Shown: positions 25,755 through 34,341, counted from the stretch's first letter. The stretch is 49,837 nt of DNA from Candidatus Woesearchaeota archaeon UBA153 (GCA_002503705.1 DASH01000093.1:1-49837), one strand, 5' to 3'. Translations and numbers: made by a program. The notes: a model not told the origin generated them from the letters alone.

Positions 25755-25911
25755 GTCGCGACGCCTCGGAGCGACCCGGGAGACTCGCGTCCGGAACGCG
25801 AGGATCAGGAGCGACGCAGGCGCGACTGAGGGCTCCGCCCGACCATGGGGGCAACCCCCTCACCTCTTAGTTTCTGACGTCGTCACGCCTCGCCTGAGGC
25901 CGGTACCGTCG
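25693..25911 (+). ncRNA. Family A structured element, copy A4 (219 nt, divergent)
   Basis: Closing helix CGACGGUACCGGC / GCCGGUACCGUCG (13 bp). Inner helix GGUGA / UCACC. The 24-nt block ggtcgcgacgcctcggagcgaccc differs at 1 position from copy A2 (rc of 38072-38095). T5 at 25923-25927. Confidence 0.5.
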
Positions 25912-25987
25912 TCTCTGACGCCGTTTTTGTCGTCTTAGGACTGGAAAACACATTCATTACCACTATGTAATGGTTAAAGACCGTAAT

Positions 25988-25997
25988 CTTTATAAAG
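25988..25997 (+). promoter_or_regulatory. TATA-like box for the 26022 gene
   Basis: ctttataaag, centred about 29 nt upstream of the ATG at 26022. Confidence 0.45.
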
Positions 25998-26021
25998 TCA
26001 TTCTTCTTCCCCCCTCGAACC

Positions 26022-27170
26022 ATGGGGGCTCCCTTATCGACACGACTCTACGCGATCCTCGCGTGCATCCTTCTCGTACCGATCGCCGCAACCGCCACGC
26101 TCGCCGCGAGCACGGGGTGCGCGTACCAGACGCCGAACGGCCTCGTCACCGACCGCGACTGCGACGGCATCGACGACTTCCGCGACAACTGCCGCGAAAT
26201 CGCGAACACCGACCAGACGGACGCGAACCGCAACGGCATCGGCGACGCGTGCGACCTCATCATCACGAACCTCCTCCTCGACCCCGGCGTGGAAGTCCCG
26301 CAAGGAGAGTACGTCAACGTGAAAGTCCAACTCCTCAACAACAAAGCGTACGCTGTCAACGACGTGCAAGTCCGCGTGCGCAGCCAAAGCTTCGCGACCG
26401 ACAAGAACGTCCTCCTCACCAGCCTGCAGGCGGGCGAGCAGCGCATCGTCGAATTCGTCCTGAAGACGCCGCCGTGCGCGACCATCGGCAAGCACGAGCT
26501 CACCATCACGACCGACCATAAAGAGAACGGCAAGGTGTACACGCAGACGCGCTACCAACGCCTGAGCGTGACGCCCTCGCCGACGGCCTGCGCCGCCAAC
26601 CCGACCCCGCTCGACAACACGATCCTCGACACGATCGCCCAGCAAGAGACGCAACTCGGCGGGAACGCAGTCTACCCGATCACCATCACCAACCTGAACA
26701 GCGAAGCCAAAACCTACCACCTCTCCCTCGACAGCATCAGCATGATCGGCACGTACCGCATCGAGCCGAACCCGACGTTCACGCTCGACACGGGCAAGAG
26801 CCAGACGGTCTACCTGACCGTCCAGACGGAGACGTTCGCCCCCCTCGGGCGGAACGCGCTCCACCTCTACCTTGAAAGCGAAGACGCCGAAGACGAGACG
26901 GTCCTCACGCTCCGCATCGTCAAGCCGGTCGGCGCGAGCCTCAAAAACCTGCTCGCGACCGGACTCCAGCTCGCGTTCGTCCTCATCGCCTTGGCACTCG
27001 TCATCGGCGCCGCGATCATCGCGTACAAGAAAGTGAACGCGGACCACGAGGACGACGCTCACGACCACGACCAAGGGCCCAGCCGCGGCGACGAGAAGCC
27101 GAAGCGCGGGAAGAACGCCTCGAGCGTCGAGAAAATCGACGAGGACGAGGAGTTCCAAAGCTACTATTGA
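26022..27170 (+). CDS. Surface protein: signal peptide, TSP type-3 repeat, CARDB/Ig-like modules, TM anchor, acidic/basic cytoplasmic tail
   Basis: TDRDCDGIDDFRDNCREIANTDQTDANRNGIGDACD; TM LQLAFVLIALALVIGAAIIAY. Same architecture as 22700-23830. Confidence 0.75.
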   Translation: MGAPLSTRLYAILACILLVPIAATATLAASTGCAYQTPNGLVTDRDCDGIDDFRDNCREIANTDQTDANRNGIGDACDLIITNLLLDPGVEVPQGEYVNVKVQLLNNKAYAVNDVQVRVRSQSFATDKNVLLTSLQAGEQRIVEFVLKTPPCATIGKHELTITTDHKENGKVYTQTRYQRLSVTPSPTACAANPTPLDNTILDTIAQQETQLGGNAVYPITITNLNSEAKTYHLSLDSISMIGTYRIEPNPTFTLDTGKSQTVYLTVQTETFAPLGRNALHLYLESEDAEDETVLTLRIVKPVGASLKNLLATGLQLAFVLIALALVIGAAIIAYKKVNADHEDDAHDHDQGPSRGDEKPKRGKNASSVEKIDEDEEFQSYY

Positions 27171-27191
27171 ACAGCCGAACAGGTGATTCGC

Positions 27192-29996
27192 ATGAAGCCC
27201 CTCCACGCACTCCTCCTCGCCACCCTCCTCACGCTCCTCCTCACGAGCAGCGCGACGGCGGCCCTCATCGTCAACAAGTACTCGAACGACCTGACCGTGA
27301 CGAGCGACACGCCCGACACGAGCCTCGCGTGCGCGTGCGAGCACCGCAGCGAGACCATCACGGTCCAGAACACGGGGAACTTCTACACGACGTACACGAT
27401 TGACGTGGTGAGCGAACACTCCTGGTACGGCGTCAACCTGAAGACGTTCGATCTCGCGCCCGGCGACTCGCGAGACGTCCTCGTCACGATCGACGTGCCG
27501 TGCGGCACGATCGGCTCTTCAGTCTACAGCGTCCGCATCCTCACGAGCTACGGCCGCGAGCGCGTCCTGACGCGCACGCTGGACGCGCGCAAGTGCCAGA
27601 ACGTCTACCTGGACGTGCAAGGCGGCGTCGAATCCTCGAACCTGTGCCAGCCGATCGAGTACCGGCTCACCGTGAAGAACGTCGCCGAGTTCGCCGACAC
27701 CTACCGTCTCGACCTGGGCAGCTTCAACGACTACAGCGTCATCGACGGCGGGAGCCGCAACACCTACCTCGTCCCGAACGAGCAGACGACGCTCGACATC
27801 ACAATCGCCCCGCCGTGCAGCCTGTACGGCGAGATCACCTTCCCGTTCACCGTGACGAGCGAGAAGAACAAGCAGACGGAACGCGTCACGAGACGCGTCT
27901 CCATCGAGAACGAGTTCGACCACGAGATCGTCACGAGCACGCAGATTGAGGTTTGCAGCCGCGTCTCCTCGACGCTCGAGTTCGGCGTCAAGAACTTGAT
28001 CGACGTCCCGAACAACTACACCCTCTCGATCAGCGCGCCCGGCTTCGTCTCGTGGGACGAGCGGACGCTCTCGCTCAAGGGCGGCCAGCAGAAGAACCTC
28101 ACGCTGACGATCGACCCGAAGAAAGGCCAAGAAGGAGTCTATGACATCGCTCTCAAGGTGTCGAGCGACTTGGGCAACATCAAGAAGACGCGCCACGTCG
28201 AACTCGACGTCTTCAACTGCTACGCGTACGCGCTCGGCTTCGTCAACCTGGAACGCGCGGGCGACGGCGCGTTCACGGACTCCGCGTGCTGCGGCGAGAA
28301 ACACTACACGCTGAACGTGCGGAACAACGGCCAGACCGAGGAGACGTACACGATTCGCGTGGACGGCCCGGACTGGTTCTCTCCCGAGGAGAAGACCGTC
28401 CGCTTGAAGCCGAGCGAGAACCGGAACGTGAAGTTCACCGCGGACTTGCCGTGCACGGACGAGACGTTCGAGATTCCCGTGACGGTCAGCCTCGACCGGC
28501 ACGCGTCGATCAGCGAGACGGTCGTCTACCGCGTCAACAGCCAGACGCAACGCACGTGCCACGCGGTCGCGCTCGTGAGCGACGGCATCAAGATTGACGA
28601 GGAGGACTCGATTATCCCCGTCATCATCAAGCATACGGGCCTGGAAGGCGGCGTCTACCGTGTCGAAGCGGAAGGCAGCCTCGTCGGACAACCCCTCGAG
28701 ACGGAGATCACGCTCGCGCCCGGCGAGGAGAAAGTCCTCCACCTCCCCGTCATCGGGAACCTCACGGCCGCGTCCGACGGCAAGTACGTCACGACGCTCA
28801 TCGTCACGCACGACGCGCTCGACCTGACGTACCGCCAACCGTTCTGGACGAGCTTCCGCCACGTGAGCGAGTTCGCCAAGAGCGTGCGCTCGTTCTTCCA
28901 CTACGACTACGGGACGGTTTCCGGGTGCCGGTGGGCGCAAGGAATCCTCACCGTCCTCCTGCTCGTCGCGATCGTCGCGTTCGTCCTGTTCCTCCTCGGC
29001 CGCTGCCGGAAGTTCCGGAACGACTGGAGCGAGACGGGACTGCTCGCGCTGAAGGCGATCCTCATCCTCCTCTTGCTGGTCGTCGTCGTGACCTTGGCGC
29101 TCGCGCCCGTCCCGCCAAAGGCGACCTCGTATGAGGAACCACTCGTCGACTCGAGCGGTCTCGTCTTCCAATGGTACGAGAACGAACGGTACGTCATCGA
29201 CCTGGGACGCTACTTCGAAGACCCGGACGCGGACTGGCTCGAGTTCACCGCCACGCAACCCGCGAACATCGCGGTCGCCATCACAGACGGCGAAGCGGTC
29301 CTGACGCCTGAACGGAACTGGGCTGGCGAGGACAAGATCGTCTTCACGGCGAGCGACCAGAAAGGCGGCGTCGTGGACAGTCCCATCCTCGCGTTGAAGG
29401 TCTTGCAGCGGGAACACTTGACGTTCCGCCAATGGACGTACAAGTACTGCACGCACGTCAACTTGACCGTGCTCGCGCTGCTCTTGCTCGTCCTCCTGCT
29501 GGCGTTGTTCTTGACGTTCACGCCGCGCCGCGACCGGCCGCTCTTCACGAGCCCCGACAAGGTCGTTGTTGGGAAGTACGCGGAGCGAAAGCCGGAACAG
29601 CGCGGACGAGTCGTCAAGACGTTCGTCACGCGCGACGGCAACGTGCACACGCTCGGCGACGAGCAACGAACGCTCGCGGCCCAGAACGCTCGAGTCGTCA
29701 AGCGAGCCTCGAAGAAGGCGTCGAAGCGGCGCGTGCCGAAGAGACTGGCGAAAGCATCCGCTCGTTCACGCTCCGCCGCGATGGACCGCGCGCTCATCGC
29801 GTTCAACCAGAAGCACGAATTGCAAGCGGTCCTGCGCCGGTACGGCAAGCGCGAGACGAAGATCAACCTCGACGTCCTGCAGGCCGCGGGGAAGATGTTC
29901 AAGCAGAACGCGCTCTACGCGCCGCACAACCGCGACAGCTTCGACCGCTACCTCGTCGACAAGAACATCCTGCGACGGCTTGAGGATAAACGGTGA
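27192..29996 (+). CDS. Large surface protein with multiple Ig/CARDB-like modules, three internal TM segments and a basic C-terminal tail
   Basis: ATG preceded by aggtga. Signal MKPLHALLLATLLTLLLTSSATAA. Recurring pattern C..........Y.L.V.N.G... TM segments ILTVLLLVAIVAFVLFLLG, ILILLLLVVVVTLALAP and VLALLLLVLLLALFLTF. Confidence 0.7.
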   Translation: MKPLHALLLATLLTLLLTSSATAALIVNKYSNDLTVTSDTPDTSLACACEHRSETITVQNTGNFYTTYTIDVVSEHSWYGVNLKTFDLAPGDSRDVLVTIDVPCGTIGSSVYSVRILTSYGRERVLTRTLDARKCQNVYLDVQGGVESSNLCQPIEYRLTVKNVAEFADTYRLDLGSFNDYSVIDGGSRNTYLVPNEQTTLDITIAPPCSLYGEITFPFTVTSEKNKQTERVTRRVSIENEFDHEIVTSTQIEVCSRVSSTLEFGVKNLIDVPNNYTLSISAPGFVSWDERTLSLKGGQQKNLTLTIDPKKGQEGVYDIALKVSSDLGNIKKTRHVELDVFNCYAYALGFVNLERAGDGAFTDSACCGEKHYTLNVRNNGQTEETYTIRVDGPDWFSPEEKTVRLKPSENRNVKFTADLPCTDETFEIPVTVSLDRHASISETVVYRVNSQTQRTCHAVALVSDGIKIDEEDSIIPVIIKHTGLEGGVYRVEAEGSLVGQPLETEITLAPGEEKVLHLPVIGNLTAASDGKYVTTLIVTHDALDLTYRQPFWTSFRHVSEFAKSVRSFFHYDYGTVSGCRWAQGILTVLLLVAIVAFVLFLLGRCRKFRNDWSETGLLALKAILILLLLVVVVTLALAPVPPKATSYEEPLVDSSGLVFQWYENERYVIDLGRYFEDPDADWLEFTATQPANIAVAITDGEAVLTPERNWAGEDKIVFTASDQKGGVVDSPILALKVLQREHLTFRQWTYKYCTHVNLTVLALLLLVLLLALFLTFTPRRDRPLFTSPDKVVVGKYAERKPEQRGRVVKTFVTRDGNVHTLGDEQRTLAAQNARVVKRASKKASKRRVPKRLAKASARSRSAAMDRALIAFNQKHELQAVLRRYGKRETKINLDVLQAAGKMFKQNALYAPHNRDSFDRYLVDKNILRRLEDKR

Positions 29997-30058
29997 GCAA
30001 CGGCCGGTCTGCGCAACAGACGTCGTGAGAGCGGCGGTACTCCTCCAGGTGTCATTTG

Positions 30059-30496
30059 ATGAACGAGAGACCCGAACCCCCTCTTGACGAGCGCGTGAAC
30101 GACAGTTACCTCCGGAACGGCCTCCGCCGCACGGGGTACGCGCTGCTCGCGGGCGCGCTCGCGACCATGTCGGCACTCGGCGTGTATCAACATCTGCAGA
30201 AGCGACCGGCGCCGCAAGTTGCCGCGGTCATTATCGAGTTGACGAATGGTGGACGGCTTTGTTTGCGCGACACCGACGGTGACGGAAAGCTTGAGACGAT
30301 GCTCTACGCTCATGATTTCAAGAGGGGGTATTCTCCCGAAGATTGGAGAGCGTTCAAGGGAACGATTTTGGTTTTGTACAACGAGTCCACCGAGTCGTTG
30401 AATGCCGCGTTGAAGAACAGGCGTTTTCGACCGAATGAAGAGGACTCTTTTCCTCTATTTTTAGTTCTTCCGTCGGAAGAGCCATTGCAAGAGTAG
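30059..30496 (+). CDS. Membrane-anchored hypothetical protein
   Basis: Single TM YALLAGALATMSALGVY, then DTDGDGKLE (a Ca-binding-like loop). Less GC3 bias toward the 3' end. Confidence 0.5.
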   Translation: MNERPEPPLDERVNDSYLRNGLRRTGYALLAGALATMSALGVYQHLQKRPAPQVAAVIIELTNGGRLCLRDTDGDGKLETMLYAHDFKRGYSPEDWRAFKGTILVLYNESTESLNAALKNRRFRPNEEDSFPLFLVLPSEEPLQE

Positions 30497-30509
30497 AACT
30501 CTCGCACTC

Positions 30510-30770
30510 TCACCGGAACAACTGGATGAACAACAGCTTCATCAAATCGTCTTTCGTCTTCGCGAAGACCATGTTCTTCGCCAAGAACCTATCTTGCATG
30601 ACGTCGCGCACCCAGACCGCGAAGTCGTTCTTGTCAGCGTTCACGTGGTGCTGGAAGACGTGCGGTTTCATCGACTGCAACTCGGTGAACAAGTCTTCGA
30701 GGCTCGCGAGCTCGCCGCCTTCGTGCAAGAAGAAACGCTTGTCTGGCTGCTCGACGAGGTACGACGGCAT
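30510..30770 (-). CDS. Small conserved hypothetical protein, paralog of 38673-38984
   Basis: Shared pattern F.....G.....L..L...L......VF..HV....NDFA.W(V/I).DV..D. TATA-like actttataaaag (30791-30802) is centred about 26 nt upstream of the ATG at 30770. Confidence 0.65.
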   Translation of the reverse strand: MPSYLVEQPDKRFFLHEGGELASLEDLFTELQSMKPHVFQHHVNADKNDFAVWVRDVMQDRFLAKNMVFAKTKDDLMKLLFIQLFR

Positions 30771-30833
30771 CCTGCTTCTCGCTCGTCGAGACTTTATAAA
30801 AGTTCCCTTGGTTTTCTCCCGCCGACCCAGTTA

Positions 30834-30843
30834 CTTTTATAAA
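30834..30843 (+). promoter_or_regulatory. TATA-like box for tRNA-Trp
   Basis: cttttataaa, about 30 nt upstream of tRNA position 1 (30870). Confidence 0.5.
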
Positions 30844-30869
30844 CCCGTCATGGTTCTGGAATTCTCATC

Positions 30870-30989
30870 GGGGATGTAATACAACCTGGCTAGTATAGCC
30901 GGCTCCAGTTGTCTGGAGCGCCGAGCCGAAAGGCGATGACGATCCTCAGGTGTTACCGGCCGATCTGGGTTCAAATCCCAGCATCCCCA
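30870..30989 (+). tRNA. tRNA-Trp (anticodon CCA) with a 46-nt intron at the canonical 37/38 position
   Basis: Acceptor GGGGAUG/CAUCCCC. D arm AUAC-AACCUGGCUA-GUAU. Anticodon stem GCCGG/CCGGC. Loop CU-CCA-G[intron 30909-30954]A. T arm CUGGG-UUCAAAU-CCCAG. Discriminator A. CCA is not fully encoded. T6 follows at 30992-30997. Confidence 0.85.
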
Positions 30990-30991
30990 CC

Positions 30992-30997
30992 TTTTTT
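30992..30997 (+). terminator. Oligo-T terminator after tRNA-Trp
   Basis: tttttt, 3 nt after the discriminator base. Confidence 0.55.
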
Positions 30998-31064
30998 CTC
31001 TTCTTCACGTCGATACCTTTTTAAATCGGAATTCTGAGGGGAAGAGGTGGTGAGGTGTTAGGCC

Positions 31065-32906
31065 ATGCGGAAGCTCTTCCTCGGTTTGTTCGCGTTGCTC
31101 TTTGTTTGTTCGTTTGTCGGCGCGTACGCGCCGTCGGACGCGAGTGCTGTGCCGGATGGGTATGGCGTGCCGTGGGATGTCTGGACGACGCCGGCGATGC
31201 AGTTCTTCATGACGTCGTACGAGAGCGGTACGGCGACGGTGAACGTCGCGCAGGATGGTCGTTACGTGTACGAGCGGGGTTATTTTAGCATTGATGGTGG
31301 TGCGTGGCAGAGTTTCACTTTTCCCGGCGCGACGAACGGTTGGATTAAGGATTCGGCTTCGAAGACGTTGACGTTGGGCGCGGCTTCGGAGGCGTACGTG
31401 ATCACGTTTTCTTGTAAGAAGGTGAATGACGCGTGGCAGTGTGGTTGTCGTGACCAGAATTCGTGCAACAAGTGGAACATTCAGGATGTTTCGTTCGCGG
31501 CACTGCCTCCGGTGCCGGTTCCTGGTTGCGGCGACGGCGTCAAATCTTCGTCGGAAGCGTGCGATGACGGCGTGAACAACGGTCCTTGCCCGAAAGCGTG
31601 CAGCGCGACGTGCACGGTGAACACGTGCACCGGCACGAATCCGACGAGCCCGCCCGAGACGGGAGAGTGTCGCGTCGAGTTCGTCGGCCGCTTCCACGAG
31701 ATTGGCAGCGCGAAGTGCACCGGTGAACTGGCGAATACCGGAGAGCACGGGTGCAAGGCGTTATGCGTCGAGTGTTGCTCGTACCCCGGTGAAGTGTATC
31801 AAGGTCCTGCCGGTTCTTCGTGCGGTCAGGATGGCGTCGTGGACATGGCGTACTTCAACCAGCTCGCTCACGGCACGATTGTCGGCGAGACCTTGCTGAC
31901 GAAGGCGCAGTTCGGCACGCACGGCGACGCGGGCGTCCAGTACGAGTTCGACATCTCCAATCCTGAGCACCCTGTCTTGAATTACTATACTGTGCCGTTG
32001 CACCTTCCTGATTATTCCGGGCCGTTCAGCAACCTCTTCGAGGGAGACGACCTCGTGCTCTCGACGAACGGCAACACTGCGGGCGTGTGGGTGCACGATA
32101 CATCGCGAAAACCGATGGCGAAGTGCGCCGGCTCTTTCTTCGGTGGCCTTCGCGGTCGGAGCGCTCTCGTCTTGACGAACAACGGCGATCGGTACGCCTT
32201 CTTCGCGCTCGGCACCTCGGTCACGTACAAGCGCGTGAACGACGGCGAGTGGGGTGACGTGAAGGGCATGGTCTTCTTCGACGTGGTGGGTGAGTCGCTT
32301 CCCAGCGGAGAGGCGAAATCCTTCTACTCTTGCATGTCCAAAAATCCGGGGTTCATCACCGGTGGTCCGAGCGGGAACATCGGTTTGAATGGAAAATCTC
32401 TCACCTCCTTCAAGCAGAACGGGAAGGCCTACTTGGTCGTCGGCGCCACCGCGAGCAGTTCTTTCGCTGGAAACCTTGCTGTGCTCGACGTCTCGGCGTT
32501 CCCGACGAAGACGACGCTCTTCGAAAAGGCGTTGAACACGCACGCTGTCGCAGCGCACGGCGGGAACGTCTACGCGGTTGTGAGTGACGCATCCAGGACG
32601 AACTACGCTCTCCAAGCGTACGACTTGCAGGGGAATTTGCTCGTGGAGCACCCTTTCACCCTCGTGGCCGGCCAGCTCGTGGATGGCGGTCTCGTCGTGG
32701 ATGAGCGCTTCGCCTACATCTCCCTCAGTCAAGGCTTCAAGGCGCTCGACCTCACCACCGGCCAGGACATCGTTCCGGCGGCGTTGCGAGAGCAGATGAA
32801 GACCGGTATGTTCATGCAGTCGGAACTCCACCGGACGACGGCGAACGGCGCGACGTACTTGATCAGCATCCCGCGGTTGAACACGTATAAGGTCGTCTGC
32901 TCGTAA
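31065..32906 (+). CDS. Secreted protein with Cys-rich CGDG...CDDG repeat and C-terminal beta-propeller-like repeats
   Basis: Signal MRKLFLGLFALLFVCSFVGAYA. CGDGVKSSSEACDDGVNNGPCPKACSATC (Myxococcus-type Cys-rich repeat). Later, repeated hydrophobic-strand motifs such as YAVVSDASRTNYALQAYDL (LVIVD-like). Confidence 0.65.
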   Translation: MRKLFLGLFALLFVCSFVGAYAPSDASAVPDGYGVPWDVWTTPAMQFFMTSYESGTATVNVAQDGRYVYERGYFSIDGGAWQSFTFPGATNGWIKDSASKTLTLGAASEAYVITFSCKKVNDAWQCGCRDQNSCNKWNIQDVSFAALPPVPVPGCGDGVKSSSEACDDGVNNGPCPKACSATCTVNTCTGTNPTSPPETGECRVEFVGRFHEIGSAKCTGELANTGEHGCKALCVECCSYPGEVYQGPAGSSCGQDGVVDMAYFNQLAHGTIVGETLLTKAQFGTHGDAGVQYEFDISNPEHPVLNYYTVPLHLPDYSGPFSNLFEGDDLVLSTNGNTAGVWVHDTSRKPMAKCAGSFFGGLRGRSALVLTNNGDRYAFFALGTSVTYKRVNDGEWGDVKGMVFFDVVGESLPSGEAKSFYSCMSKNPGFITGGPSGNIGLNGKSLTSFKQNGKAYLVVGATASSSFAGNLAVLDVSAFPTKTTLFEKALNTHAVAAHGGNVYAVVSDASRTNYALQAYDLQGNLLVEHPFTLVAGQLVDGGLVVDERFAYISLSQGFKALDLTTGQDIVPAALREQMKTGMFMQSELHRTTANGATYLISIPRLNTYKVVCS

Positions 32907-32966
32907 CTTTTTTCTTTCGACGTAATTTTCTTTTAACTTTTTCCTCCGAAGAGGGAGTGGTTCGTC

Positions 32967-33794
32967 ATGGGCGTCGTGTCTGGGAATTCGAGGCGGAAGG
33001 AGCGGACGACGATCGTCTCGCGTTCGTCGACGCCGGTCGCGACGGTCGGCGGGCCGAAACGCCGCGCCGCCGGCGATGACGGCCACCACGCGACCCATCG
33101 CGCTTCTTCTCGTCGTCCGAAGAAGCGACTCTCCGCGAAGGAGCGTTGGAAGAAAATTGGCGTGTGGGCGTTCTGGATCGGGATGATCGTCCTTCTTTAC
33201 TTTTCGTACGGGTGGTTGACGACGCAAGCGGTTGCGCTCTTGCAGGTCAACCCGACCGTGTGGAGCTGGTACTTGGCCATCCAGGACGAGATCGCGTCGC
33301 ACACCCTCCGCGGGCTCTTCTACGCCGCGAGCTTCGGCTCGTTCATCCTCTTCGCGCTCCCGATCGAGATCCTCTACCTCTACTACCTCGGCCTCGGCTA
33401 CCAGTTGCCGAGCGTCGTCCTCGTCAGCCTCGCCGGCATCGTCCTCGGCACCGTCCTGAACTACGCGCTCGGCGCGCTCATCGGCTCGAAACCGTTGAAG
33501 TGGTTCATCAAGGACGAGGAGTACGCGTCGTTCCACCGACGGATTGAACGCGCCGGCGGCTTCCTCGTCGCGCTCGGCAACATCATTCCCTTCCCCATCG
33601 ACTTGCTCGGCGTCTTCCTCGGCGCCGTCCGGTTCGGGCTCGTCAAGCTCCTCCTCTACACCCTCCTCGGACGGCTCGTCCAGTTCTTCATCCTCTGGCT
33701 CGGGTACAAGTACTTCATCCTCTACGTCGGCCCGTACTTGAGCACGGTCAGCGTGCCCTGGCTCCTCGACCTCGTCCGGAACAGCTTCGTCTGA
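32967..33794 (+). CDS. DedA/VTT (SNARE-associated) family membrane protein
   Basis: FALPIEILYLYYLGLGY...NYALGALIGSKPL...ERAGGFLVALGNIIPFPIDLLGVFLGAVRF, after a basic N-terminal extension. Confidence 0.7.
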   Translation: MGVVSGNSRRKERTTIVSRSSTPVATVGGPKRRAAGDDGHHATHRASSRRPKKRLSAKERWKKIGVWAFWIGMIVLLYFSYGWLTTQAVALLQVNPTVWSWYLAIQDEIASHTLRGLFYAASFGSFILFALPIEILYLYYLGLGYQLPSVVLVSLAGIVLGTVLNYALGALIGSKPLKWFIKDEEYASFHRRIERAGGFLVALGNIIPFPIDLLGVFLGAVRFGLVKLLLYTLLGRLVQFFILWLGYKYFILYVGPYLSTVSVPWLLDLVRNSFV

Positions 33795-33809
33795 ACCATC
33801 CGCAAGCGA

Positions 33810-33821
33810 ATATTTTTAAAC
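33810..33821 (+). promoter_or_regulatory. TATA-like box for the 33843 gene
   Basis: atatttttaaac, centred about 27 nt upstream of the ATG at 33843. Confidence 0.45.
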
Positions 33822-33842
33822 GGCGTTCTCGTCCAGCGGCGC

Positions 33843-34319
33843 ATGGGCGGTCGACAGGGAGTCAAGAGGGCCGGTCAGAGAACCGGCTCGAGCGTTCGCG
33901 TGAATCCGGAGCGCGCCGCCGCACTCCGTCGTCGTCAGCGTCAGCTCGCGTTGACGTGGTTTTTCATCGGCGCCGCGCTCGTCGTCGCCATCGTCCTCCT
34001 CTCCTCGGTCTTGCCGAAGCCGGACGCGTACGAGCGTTTCGCGAAGTGTCTCGCGCGTGAAGGCGCGGTCGTGTACTGCGACGACGTCACGAGCGACTGC
34101 CAGGCGCAGAAGCGCGTCTTCGGCGCGGCGTTCACGAGCGTCGTGTACGAGAACTGCGACTACACGACCATCTGTCAGGAGTTGAAGATCGCGGTCAAGC
34201 CGTCGTGGATCCTCGCAGACGGCGAGAGAATCGAAGGAGTTCAAGACGTCGCCGCGCTCGCGGCGGCGACGGGTTGCGAGGCGCCGAAGGGCGAACCACG
34301 CATGCCCGCCGACGTGTAA
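33843..34319 (+). CDS. Membrane-anchored thioredoxin-fold protein (VKOR-associated Trx-like type) with altered active site
   Basis: TM LTWFFIGAALVVAIVLLSSVL. FAKCLAREGAVVYCDDVTSDCQAQKRVFGAAF...YENC...C...KPSWIL..G. This resembles the ...Y.A.WCPHCQ.QK..FG... family, but the CxxC position reads TSDC. Confidence 0.55.
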   Translation: MGGRQGVKRAGQRTGSSVRVNPERAAALRRRQRQLALTWFFIGAALVVAIVLLSSVLPKPDAYERFAKCLAREGAVVYCDDVTSDCQAQKRVFGAAFTSVVYENCDYTTICQELKIAVKPSWILADGERIEGVQDVAALAAATGCEAPKGEPRMPADV

Positions 34320-34341
34320 AGCCAGTGTGAGGTTGAGTGTC

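Noticed and set aside
26034-29666. Long minus-strand ORFs 26034-27419 (461 aa) and 27519-29666 (715 aa)
   Set aside because: They are antisense to well-supported surface-protein genes and have extreme R/E/D/V composition.
30909-30954. Calling the tRNA-Trp intron a bona fide box C/D guide RNA
   Set aside because: Only a GAUGA string and a GA-flanked hairpin are visible. There is no clear CUGA box D at the right distance from the guide. It is reported only as a hypothesis.
31761-33536. 591-aa minus-strand ORF
   Set aside because: It spans two plus-strand genes and their intergenic promoter. It has shadow-frame composition.
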